Shown piece by piece: positions 36,601 through 48,900 of a DNA stretch of 64,000 nucleotides. The translations under genes were made by a program, and so were the position numbers. The notes under the pieces were generated by a model, which saw only the letters and a program-made list of their open reading frames with translations, was not told the origin of the DNA and did not search any database. The first letter of the stretch is position 1; every line of letters starts with the position of its first letter. Location: positions 204,513-268,512 of the forward strand of contig DF236992.1 in assembly GCA_000708835.1 (NCBI GenBank), written 5' to 3'. The DNA comes from Klebsormidium nitens (lineage: Eukaryota > Plantae > Klebsormidiophyceae).

Positions 36601-39600
36601 AGCAGCCGCATCTTGTCGTGCTGCAACGGACACGAGGAATGAGATGGGGGTGGTTTGTAGATTCTGTTGGAGGGGTCCATTGACGCATGCCAAAGACAAT
36701 CAGAGCATGTGGCAGAGATGCCTGTAGAAGGTAAGAGAACCGACAGGGATTGGAAGGGCTGTGTCAGATGAAGCTGCAGATACTTCTGTACTGGATTTCT
36801 CAGATTTGCTCCTATACCCACTGAAAGCGAACAGCTGCAAACTAGAGATTACAAAGGAGTGGCTTACGTAGCGTGCGGTGCGGTCGTTCTCCCTTACTAG
36901 CATAACAGTCATGTTGCCCAGAGCGTAGGCCAACTGGAGAGGAAGGAGAATCGTGTGAGCAAGTGAAAATCGTCTGGAAAGTCTCGAGAAAGAGCGTGAC
37001 AGGGTTCCGATGCAGGTGGCAGGCTCATCGCGTATCCGACAACCATTCCGAAAGTCGTTGACTCTGAAAATGGCTCTTCCACTCACCATTGATCCAAGGA
37101 TAGGTTAAGACTGCGGTTTTTGAGTTCCAAGGGGCACCGAGTTACTGGAATGCAAGCAAGACTCTTTGCACGCTTCAAACACAGGCAGAATGTATGGCAG
37201 ATGGCAGCTTACCAGGCCCATGGACCACACCCCGTACAGCGCCACAAAGGCACGCTCAAGGACGGTCACTGGCAGCAGGTCCCCATAACCGATGCTTGTT
37301 AGGGTCATGACGGACCAGTAGATGGTAACCACATACTTCTTCAGGATCGGCCACTGCTGCCAGTTTGGCGACCCTCCAAAGGATCCAGCGCCAAGCCAGC
37401 ACCCTGTTGGGTCTCCACTTATGGTGGTCTCACGGCGCGCAAGGAACACCATGACCGAAGCAGCGATGTGGCCAGAAAGGACGATGAGCTGGACAAAAGA
37501 AGAGAGTTTGATGAGGAAATTAGACTGAAGGTGTCATGTGCAGAGACAATGTACTGGTTACCTGTTTCGACATGCTACTGGCGATCAAAACTTCGCTTTC
37601 AGACAAGAACAAGCTCAAGTTTCTCAGGTGTTGAAATTTGGATTTAGGAACACCCGCTCCTCACAAAGACTGATCTGCAATAAGTAGTTTGCAGCAACTT
37701 GGAACTTACCAGGACGAGCTTGGCCATGCGTAGTAAGAAGTATGTTGTGAAGTTCTCCTTTTGCAGCCTGCATAGATGAATACGCTCCCTTCTATACGTG
37801 TTCCTTCGTTGCCTGTCTTTCAGAGACAATCCATATAAATTTGGCACAATTGGGAGCTTTCAGAGCAAAGGCCGATCTGGCATCTCCATCAGTCAACTTC
37901 AATGATAAACATTTCGAAGGAGGCTTACAAGGTACTGTGGTTGATTCTGATTGGCTGCCAAACATGGAAGAAACATGACACGTTTCCAGCAGGGTAGAGG
38001 AGAGGAGAAGGGCAAGATCAAGAGGGGTAGCTTACCTGGACATGTAGTGGAAAGCTCCTTTGAGGCGATACATCCTGAAGACCGGCAGAAAGCGCACCAC
38101 TTCCCCACCCCAGCCAAGAGCAGGGTGGCGGACGGCAAAATACCAGAAAAGATTTAGTGGAACACTGGATATGACGTCCGGGATGAATCCGTGCACAAGG
38201 TACCTGGGGGAAAGTCAGGAGCTTCAATTGAAGGTATTCAGTAGTACCTACATTCAAAGGCCAATCTCTCAAAAATTGTCCAAGTTTTGCACCAATTGGG
38301 GGGCTGGTGAGAAGATGTTGCAGTGAATTTCGAAGGAGACAAATAGGAAAGAAGTTGAGCAGCAGGTAGCTGAAGGTCAAACTATCTAAAGAATGGAAGC
38401 TCGTTTCGAATGAGAGGCTGATTGGGTGTCCTTTAAGATGGCCCTATCTCTGGGCATACGAAATCTTCTTGCAACTAGGACAGCAATCAGTGACATGGTC
38501 TCAAAACCGAAAGGGAATATACCTTTGCGCAATTCTCTTTCGATCTTGCACCAACTTGAATGTCAGCGGATCAACGAAGGCAGTCCGGAACTTGAGGCCT
38601 ATGTCAATCATGAAGATGATGTCGATGATCGAGTGCACCATGACCAGTGGGAACGATGGCCTGGGGACAAAGCCCCACACAAACCAAGCTGCAGTGAGGA
38701 TGTATGTAAGGTTTGAATTAGTGATGAGGAATCTGCAAAGTCAGCCTCAGTGATGGGAATCTGCAAAGTCAGCCTTTGATCTGACAAGGATGTGCAAGTC
38801 ATCGATTAGTCATCAACAATCTGACCTTGCTGAACAACAAAAAGCGCGTGCTTTTTCTCCCACTAATTTGCACCAGGGGAGTGAGATGGCCAACAGGTTT
38901 TGATCAACTCACATGCAAATGTTGAGTACCACACAAGGCAGGCCAGCAAGCCAGCCCATTTGAGGTACCTGCGAAGACGTTGAGATCAGCAATCAGTCTT
39001 TCAGCATCAACCACTGTGAGGCACCAACTCAATTCCACACTCCTGGAACAGTCTGACAGTTGATCCATATACAATTCAGCTGTCTACAAATGACAGCCCT
39101 TTGTTCGCTCAAACGTATCGCAGCAGAATCAAACGGATTGACTCAAAGCTTACCTTCTTCCAAAAGGATGAAGAATTCTCTTGCTCATAGGCACTGTGTG
39201 CGAGTCACCAGATGGATCAGTTGTTATTATCGAGTGTGTCCATGCTAGGGAGTCACTTGTTGTCCCATGACCAGCTGCCGCTGAGCTATCTGAAGCAGAG
39301 GTTGGCTGGATGGAGCTGCTCTGATTGTCCATGTTGACCTTGGACACTTTCTTTGTGCTGAGAAAGGAGGAATCCAAGCACTAAAGAAGTTCGCAGCAGA
39401 CACTTGCTCAGAAGTGTGGTTCCAGGGAGGAACAGTGGTAGGTACTTTTGCACATCAAGAGCCTCTATGGTGGGCGGCTAATGCAGATCAAGCGGCCCAT
39501 TTTTACCCTGCTAGAAAAACCAGAGAAGCTTGGTGCTTGGTGGTGCTTCTCAAAGAAGAGCCGGTTGGTGCTTTGGAGGCATTTGCAGCACCTTCTGATG

Positions 39601-39608
39601 TATTCCAT
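33645..39608 (-). CDS. Plant Shaker-type voltage-gated K+ channel (S1-S6, pore, CNBD, ankyrin repeats); 5' exon tentative
   Basis: Motifs IDIIFMIDIGLKFRTAFVDP and S4 RFLPVFRMYRLK. Pore YWSVMTLTSIGYGDL; CNBD VLCNVPQLFTVRT; ankyrin GRTPLHLAA, GSTPLLEAV and TPLHVAA. Stop at 33645. Putative first exon 39608-39507 is in phase with the exon starting at 39380. Confidence 0.9.
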
Positions 39609-41685
39609 GCTAGGTACAAGGTTAGTCAAAAACAAGGCTTGCCAGTGCCGTGGCAGCTCCTTATCTGTCGCCCTGCTGACCTTCCATGTTTGCCCAGTAG
39701 ATTGCGACGTCTTTTGAGCCAAGGGCCAATACAGCAGAGCAAAATGCAGCTCTGATGCAGACACATCAACTTTCAACGAGTCAGAGCTTGACGAATTCGA
39801 AATCAAAATAGATGTGGATTCGTTCTGTGCTCATGTCTGCAAGTGTGACCGCTTGGTATGAATCCCGTTCAGCAGATTCAAACCTGATAAGGATAAGATA
39901 CCTAAATTACTCCTGCTTGCTGTTCAGGGAGTTGCCAGTCACCTGATGAAAGCAAGTTGTCAGAGTCCCAACTGCGTGCTCTTTCTCTTCACGTGATGGA
40001 TTGCATCAGTGAACTACCTACGGTAGTGCACGTCTTGTACCTAGGTACGTAGGTGCACGATGAGGTATCCCTGCCTGGCTGCCAGTGGTTTGCATGCTGA
40101 TTGCAAGTTTAACTTGAAGAAGGAAGGACAAGCATCGTTCATGACGCTGGACTTATGATTCGCCGAGCCGTTGGAGGCCCTGGCCATGCAGGGCCTCCAA
40201 CAAGTTGCCCCGATACCGGGTATGATACCCAGTAGGTACGCCGCAGGGCTTGGTAGGAACCGAGGTACGGTACTCGGGAGTCGGTCCCTCGAGTCTTGGT
40301 TCACCGCACCTGGCCAACAGTACCGTGTACTCCGGGGACGACCGATTTCATGGTCTCGGACTCTGCCGCGTGTTTAGCTGGTACTTGCCGACTCCCCGGC
40401 TCTACCTCCCGACTTCCTCCGAACTTCCCGCACTTGCGGCGGCTGGCCTGTTGGCATGCAACATTAGGTAGCATACCTAAAAAAGTATTGGCCCTTGAAA
40501 GTTGGGGGAGGACTTGCAAGACCGGGGATTGGCGGAGCAAGTACCGGGTTCACATGCACCGTTCGGGTTTGTCCCTATTCCGCAGACATTGCTTTGGCCG
40601 GGCCAATGATTCAAGAATTCGTCCGTACATCCGATGCATTGAACCGGGCAATACAGTGATTTCTCTAAGTGGCACCGCCGACCGGCCTGGATCCCCCGTG
40701 GCAGAGCTAGAAAATCTCCGTATCTCTCATCAGGTCTGCTATTGGGCGATTGGTGCTACAACGAGCAGTTGCACGACAACTGTCCGTATGTGAACACGCC
40801 AAGCAGGCTACACGAGGCACCTGACACAGGTACCGGTATGTCAACTGCACCATCACATGACCGGAGTCAGTGCCGTCGAACAGTTGCACTGGGCATGATG
40901 TCATGTTGGAGCATAGGATGAAAATTCATTTGGAATAGGATCTGCCCGGGGACGGCTAGATTGCAAGTGGTTAGGCTCACGGGTCACCTGTAAATTGGGG
41001 TACGGTACGCACATTGGAGCGCTTCCTCACATTTGGTTGAATTTGGGTTAGGACTTTGCACCGGGCACTTACCTTTAAAGATTGTACAACTTACACTTCT
41101 ACTACGGTAGGACGTACCTATTTTGTTGAACTGCACGGTTGTAATACTTACCCAATGTCAGGGTCAACCGTCACAGGGTGGTCTCCCGGGAGCTTCACGT
41201 GTTGCTGACGTGAACCTCGGGCCGGTGGAACTCGGCGTGCTCAAACTGTGGGAACGAAGAGAGTGCGCCGTAAACTGTAACACGGCATATGTACCGGTAC
41301 ATAGCCTCGGCGGCTTGGTACTAGTACGACCGGGGAGGCATGCGGCATGCCGATCAATGAAGCGGCGGCATGATTGATCCTTGCAACCCGGCTGGGTAGG
41401 TGCTCCGTACCGTCATTCTGAGTCTGCATTGTGCAATGCAGTGCAACCGGTTTGGGTACCTATACCTATGTGCAGGATGCGCATGGCTGCCGCTGGCTGG
41501 CAGCCGCTCAGCTCTTACAGCTCTAACACAAGCAACTAGAAAGTGACAAGATATTCTGATGCCAGTGAATGGCGTAGGTAAGTCGCGCATCAGGCTTATC
41601 CAGTATTCCGGCTTAATTCACTTCGCACAACGCGCCTTCAATTAGTCGCCTTCTTCCAATTGCGTGTGCAGTAGCCGCCGGCAGC

Positions 41686-44679
41686 ATGGCGCGGATGCTT
41701 GTGTTGACTGCGTGCCTCTTTTTCGTACTGTCAGCTGCCAGCTGCGGTGCTTCCCGCAAGCTCCAGGAAGAGCCGCTCAATGGAGGCCTCCCGATTGATG
41801 TCAGGGCGGCTGTAGGGGAAACTTGGGCTGTCGCGAAGTCCGCCGTTGCATCGGGTGACCACGAGCTCTTTTCCTCCCTCTTTGCCCCAGAGGCCAGGCT
41901 GAATGTTCCAAACAACCACCCCATCACTGGAGCTGTGGGCAAGGCCTGGGATAAGCTCCTGTCCTTCTTCTTCAAGGGCACCTCCCCTGTAAGTTGTTGA
42001 TTTCATGAAGCATTTTCCTGCATACACTTGGTGAACATACACAAGTCTGGCAAATACAGTGGTGGACCCTTCTGATGATTTGTACCTTCAGCCGCTTGTC
42101 TCTGCTCTGTTGTGAATTGTAATTGCCTCAGCTGGGTTCGTACTCTCATAGCAGCAATGTGTTATAAGGCGCCTTGTTGTAATCACATCTGGCATCTAAT
42201 TGTAACATGTTGCTGTGCAGTTCTCAGGAAACATCACGACAAGCGACGCCATCTACCTGAAGAACAAGCACGCCGCCAATGGAAAGGAGTACTTTGTGCT
42301 TACACGCAATGCGTACAACTTGACAGAAGATGATGCGAATGTGAGCAGGCTAACCGGCTTGTTTGCGAGGGGTCCTTTTGACAGTACGAGGCCCAATGGT
42401 AGCAAACATTTGGCATCATATGAAACGTGCTTCCATGTTCAGCTGCAGGCAGAGATGCTGTAGATGGATCAAGGCAATCCCTACGGAGAAACAGACTCCT
42501 CAATGAAGCCAAGAAGCATCTTCTGAATGGGCACTGTTGGTTGTTTACCTGGGAAGATCGTATGCATGCAGCAACACCTGCTTCCATTCAGTTCCACTTT
42601 CCAAACTGCAGGTGCTTGGAGACACTGGCGCCTCCATTGCCCTATTCCAGTGGCTGCCTTTGCCTGTTTCTCCAGCACAGCAGATTGTAGCTGCCCTCGG
42701 GCTCACTGATCCTCCCAAGCTCGGGCAGCTGAAATTTAGGTATTTTCTGCTTTTCTTAGGCCAATGCTTTCATTGATGTGTCCATTGGTTGCTGAAGATT
42801 ATATGGATCCTTATCCTAACCCTAGCTGTCCCTTCGGACGTACTGTCTGACATGCAAGGCATTCCCATGGCTCATTGCAGATTACCAATGATAGCACGTG
42901 TTTATAATCCACCAATCCGTTTGTGAGCAAAAGAATGCACCTTCTCAATGTGCATCACACCTGCTAGAATAGCCTCGTCCAACTTCCGCGTATCTCCTCT
43001 GCAGGTGGTTTGCATCCAACAGTGACCAGGATGAGGAGGGCTCTGCCTACGCTAGCCTGGACAATGTGTTTGATGCTGAGGATGAGGACGATCTGCCTGA
43101 GGCTGAGGTCGACGCCATGTTTGGTGCGCTTGGAGACCCCCCCCTCTCCGTGCGCCTCGCTCGGACTGTTAATGCCACATGGAACCGCTTCCATCAGTCC
43201 ATCCTGGCCAAGGACATCCACGGAGTGGAGAGGACTTTCTCAGATGATGTTCACCTGTACCCACCCTTTGCCAGCTCCATCTCTGGCCTTGGCGAGAAGC
43301 TGGAGGCGGCCCTTGAGAAGCTCTTTGGAGGGGGCTCGAGCGTGAGTCTCTCTCTTGATTCCAGTTGCTTGTCCTTTCAAAAAGTAGCACAAGTGCATTC
43401 TGCTCCTGCTTCAGTTAAAATTCTGCTCCTGCTTCAGTCGTACTCATGTGTTAAATCAAGGTCATACCTTTATAATGCAACCAATTGAGTTTGAGACCCC
43501 CGCTCTGATAAACTTGGTGCTTGAAGCAGGCAGAAAATTCTTGCAATCTACTATCAGAGGGGTGTTGCCTGATACTTCCTGATAGGCGCCTGGGTCCATT
43601 TGAACATTGCCTTTTGTCAAGCTGGAGCCCCACATACCATTTGCCAACCACTTGCTGTAGCCTATTGGTATATTCTCTCAGTAATCTCTACCTTTTTAAG
43701 CTGTTGACTGGTTGCCTTGGCCTCCATAATGCGATACACGCTCAGAGGATCTGCATTTGATGACCTCCAGAATTGCATGTGACATCACTGCCACCCTTCT
43801 TAGAGAAAATGTACGAGTAAGCATGTGCCATCCCATCTACACTGGACCAATGACCTTGCACAAGTGGTCAGAGTCCAGCTTGAGGAGCGATCATGGCTTT
43901 AAAGGTAACTAGTTCCAAGTTGGAACCCCTATTTCATCTGCAGCTGACCCCGCCCACCCGCAATTTCAACGAGCTCCTGCTGTTGAAGGGGAAGGTCAAG
44001 AGGAAGACCCACGGCGTCAAGACCAAGATCAAGCACTTTGTGCTTGAGGAGAGCGACTATGAGCACCCCTCTGACGACAGTGCCAATGGCTGGTTTACTA
44101 GCAAGGTACGATCATCACCTGACATGGAAGGATGGATTGGTCAAGGGGAATTGAGCACTTGCATCAAGCTCAGGATTTGAGATTATAAAGGATGGAGCTG
44201 AAATGGGTGCGAGACAACAATCGGTTTTCCGCTTCGCTCCAGTGCTGGATGCTCAAAGCATTGCAAGGCGCAGCATGCTGCGGCAGCCGTCCTCTGGCAA
44301 CAGAAGCTCCTTCATATCGATGGATCCCCAAAAGAATCTCCGCTGGCTGGCTAAGGTGGAGTGCTTCCATCTGACGTCGCCTTCTGTTCCTCTGCAGGGC
44401 AAGCAGATGTGCCTCTGGGAGCTGCAGAAGCCCAAGGTCGCCCCCGCTTTTGTTGCAGAGGAAGTGGACGACTACCTGGGCGGGTCCGTTCTCAAGAAGC
44501 TGGACCTGAAGCTCGGCTGGGCCATGTGGAACGGCAACCACGCGTCCAAGCACTCCCCCAGCCCCGCCCCCGCCCCTTCTGAGGAGCCGACTGAAGCCCC
44601 TGCTCCTAGGCCTACTGAGGCCCCCGCCCCCAAGGACGCTCCCCAGAATGAGGTTGATGCTGAGCTGGCGATTGCATAA
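41686..44679 (+). CDS. Secreted protein with two NTF2/SnoaL-like domains and a Pro/Ala/Glu/Thr-rich tail. Exons 41686-41988, 42221-42340, 42612-42739, 43005-43341, 43944-44105, 44398-44679
   Basis: Hydrophobic signal peptide MARMLVLTACLFFVLSAASC and in-phase exons. Two related units: AVASGDHELFSSLFAPEARL..P...PITG and SILAKDIHGVERTFSDDVHLYPP...ISG. The fold assignment is inferred from the pattern. Confidence 0.72.
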
Positions 44680-45908
44680 GTGGCACTCCGCACGAGCTGT
44701 GGTGCTGCTCAGAATGCTACTGAGTAGGATAGTCCGCATGCTCGGAATGCTACTAAGTAAGTAGTCCGCAGGATGTGGAGAGTCGGACAGGAAGTGCTGC
44801 AGGATTCAGGAAGCAGCCGTAGAGTAAGTGCAAGCGATGAGAGCATCCCTGTTGCAGGGCTACACCGTAAGTTCTCGTCGATCAGTCATGTGGACGATCA
44901 CAACCTGTCACCGGCTTTGTTTCTGCAGTCTGTGCAAGTTGGTACCGTCAGTTTGTATTGTTGTAGGCACGTCTTTTACTTCTTTATCCTGCTTCACTTA
45001 GTCTTCGAAGGTGTTCGGACTTGCGAATCGATGAATATTCGATCGACCTTTCGGTGCCAGGCCTGCCATGAATCCAATGGGAAAGCATGTTACTAATTGT
45101 CCCGTGTAGAGCTAGAGGCAGCTCAGTGATACACTTTGCGCCAGCAGACCATCAGATTATGTTACACAGATTACCTAGCTCAGCAGCTTTTCTGCGACAA
45201 TCGAGTCGGTTATAGCGTACAAAATTTCTCTTTAAAGAAAAGCACTGCAATGGTCGCACGCATGGCTATTCTAAGCCTATGACTGCCCGTCGTACACCTG
45301 TAATTGTCGATCTATTTGATGTCGTTGAGGTACTGCTGTTGCCCTGAGTCGCTGTACATGTGCTTTGAGCGCTGCAATCATGTAATAGCTGAAATAACTC
45401 GGAGTAGTTTTAATTCAAGCATGCAGTATCTATCATATACACTGGCTCATGCAGCATTGAACAGGGTCATTTGCCAGAAACGCTGGCAGAAAGCTTTTAA
45501 GAGCATTCTTGCAAAATGTTGCATGCATGCTGCATTTCGTGATCAAATGATACATTAAACGTAGCCCAAGGGCTGATTCAATTATCCAAGCTGATGACAT
45601 GAATCGCGCAATTGGCCGGACCAGAATGATGCTCATTGGCTGCAAGAGTATCACATGATCGGCAGCATGCGGCGCAGACTTCTGCATGCACCGCGCTATC
45701 TTCGTGACCTCCGTAAGCACTCAGGCTTCGTATGTGTAAAAAGGAGCGGAACGCTGTGTAGGTACCTTACGGGCAAGTCAATATCATTTACAAGCGAGCA
45801 ATTTCAGGTGACAGCCGTTCATCGGACTGATAGTCAGATCGGATCACCGAACCTGAATTCAAGACTCGGCTAACCGAAGCTCGGTCAACATCAATGTCAT
45901 CCCGCAAC

Positions 45909-48900
45909 TCAGAACAAGGTGGGGTCCCGGTACCGCTTGTAGACCTCAGCTATGTCGTCATGAACCTCCTGCAGCAAGCATGAAAGAACGTGTTGAATAT
46001 CTACGGCAGCCACGCCAGGCCCTACTGAAGAATGGACACTCCCCAAACTAGATATTCACTACGTCAACTCTGGACTTGCCTTGAAGAAACTGCCGCTTGA
46101 TAGCGGTCGTCGTTGAGAGTTCATTCACTCTGCGCACGGGCATGTCGGATTCGTTTCGGCGCACTTACGGCAAATATACTTTGAAGAGAATGAGGTTCGG
46201 TCCATAACTACGGTTTCGCCTGAGTTAAGAGTAAACGATGGCAAAGAAAAGAGAGCGAGAAAGCCAGGAACAAGGCCAACCGAAACAGACTCTGTCCGGT
46301 CGCGTTCTTGGGTTCTCGACTTCACCACTTTGGTTATGCCCGAACGTGTGTAGCATTCAATTTATAAAATGGCAAACAAGATCACGAAGACACCGACGAC
46401 TCTCGAAGCGAAAGGAGCGAAAGAACGAAGGCACATGGTAAACGACGACTGGAAGCGACAAAGAGATGGATGTCAGCAGCCCTCGCGCACCTGCGGCAAT
46501 GGCCGCGGAAGCGTCCAGGCGGAGAGGTTCTCCTTCAACTGGGCCATGCTGGTCGCCCCAATGATTGCGCTGGTCACATGGCTCTGGTCACGTGCCCAGG
46601 CCAGCGCCAGCTGCGTCGAGGTGTACCCGTGCTTCGCGGCGACGTCAGCATAGGCCCGGATGGCTTCCTGGAAACGAAGAAAAATCTTTAGGATTTCCCA
46701 GCCTTGTGCGAGCGGAATGCGGGAGTTAAAAAGGGTCCCGGGCTTGCTGAGGGCGCATTGAAGAGCCCGCGGTTCTCGAAAAGAAGGAGGAGGCGTAGAG
46801 GTGCCGAGTTTCCTGATGGTAAGTAGGACAGCGCCGTGACTCTTCGAAGTGGAACGCAGGATGTGTACGGTTTCGTGGCTACCCTCTGTTTTGGCTACAA
46901 TAGCACCGGGACAGCGATCGCTATGGGGTCTTCATAGTGCGGTAAGCGCCTACTTGAGTATTGAGAAGCAACTCACTCAGAGGCCTATTAAGAGCAGCAA
47001 CCGTCACCACTCACCTTGCAAAGCCGCGTATTCCGGACAGCAGATTCTCATTATGAGCTTCGTCGGGCCTGGTTTGGCTTGTAAGGGTTTCCGAAAGAGG
47101 TCTGGATCTCACCGATACTACTTGGTAGATAACCGGTTCTGGTACTCAACCACGACCATCGGAAGCCGCGTGCATGAACGTTCCAGTCATTGAGGTCAGC
47201 AGTCGTCGTCCCCGCGATGCTGCTTATGCAGGTCAGTAGTAACTTTACGGTTTGCTTTTGGCTCGGGTCTTCGAGAACGGTTGGATTCGTACCGTTGCTA
47301 GTTGGTTGATGTACCGGTTCTGGTACCCGGGGAAGACCTTGAAGCGCCCCTTCTTGGCGGCGTCGCTGGAAGGCTCCAGATATTTGCCGCTGAGCGCGCC
47401 CCCCGTCAGCGGGGAGTACGCGAGCAGGCCCACGTTCACGTCCGGCGCCGTGCACGTCTCGACCAGATCCGCTGCGGAAAAAGGCGGAAATGTTTAGCGG
47501 AGGATATGCAAACAGGCCCACGCGTTTTGGCAGTCACTCAGGGGCCACTTTTCAGCACAGACTCTTTGAAAGAAACGGATGCTAAACAATCGGTCACCCA
47601 GGAATGTCTAGCGAGTACAGTTGAGTGCCCACCTTCGAACTTGCTCCGCACAAGGAGGGAGTAATTATTTTGTATGCTGACGATGCGGGGCAACCCGTGC
47701 TGCTCGGCCGCGTGGATGAACTTGAGGACGCCGTACGAGGTCTCGTTGGACACGCCCACGTATCGCACCTGGGGGAAAGCCACGTCTCAGGTGTGTCTCC
47801 TTCAGATGCGTTTAAGCAAAAGTAGCGGCAAGGAGGGAGACGGCAGCACTTTCTTGCAGCAGATCCATAAACCAATCCGTTTCCGAATGAAGCGAGGCGG
47901 AGTGCGCTCTATCAGCATATTACGGTCCAAGGTATGGGCAGCCGGGAAGTAGAGCGAGGAAAGAGCGAAACATAAAGGATTAGTCGCGCAGTTCTGGTGA
48001 ATGGAGTCGATTTCTATTCCTGTCAGGACTCGGTGCCTGCAGTTCAATGAGCACCCAGCTCTCATCTGTAGACCTAAGAGTGGTATCCATTAGTCACACG
48101 ACTTCTAACGGTCAGAGGCACCTCTTGTGAACTGCACCCGGCATTTGAGGCTATGGGCCTGGTTACAAAGGCGGTTACCTTCTCCCGGGTGCTCACCTTG
48201 CCTTCCTTGATCACCTCGTCCAACGCCCGCAGCTGCTCCTCGAACGATACGGCTGCTCGTCGCTTGCTCGGGTCAAACTGGTCCTCTCCAAACAGTGCAA
48301 CGTAGCGATCGGGCCTGGCAGGCAAGCGGGCGGGATTGCTGTCGAAGTGGACCGATAAGGAGCCCCATCGGCAGAGAAAGAGAGCCAGTCTGACCACGCA
48401 GGCTTTTAAAGGTGTCAGTGACAGGATGTTGTCATCTGAGCCAAAAGTCTAAACAAACAAAAAGTACTTCCGAGTCCCTACGTCGATTCAAAGGATGGGC
48501 CAACTTTCCTCGGGAGCCGTGCGGCAGAAGAAAGGGAGAGTGTCGAGTGAACCAGAATCAATACGCCTGCACACTGCTGCGGTATCCTTGATCACGCAGG
48601 TTGCATCTCCTCGTATGCTTCCCAGACAGTATCTGTTCTCACTTCCTCCCTACAGCGTCTTGGCATTCTTGCACTTCTGACGTTGACGTCAACACAATAG
48701 AGGGGCTGACAGAACTCGACAGGTCGATTGGCTTGATGTCCTTCGACGTCAACACAATAGAGGGGCTGACAGAAATCGACACGTCGATTGGCTTGATGAG
48801 AGACTCCTCCATGCGATAAATTGCGAGCGGCGCAAACCAACCCAAGAGACGAATCGAAAGTACAAGAGACAGGAGGCCATAAGAACCAGGCAGAGTCAGA

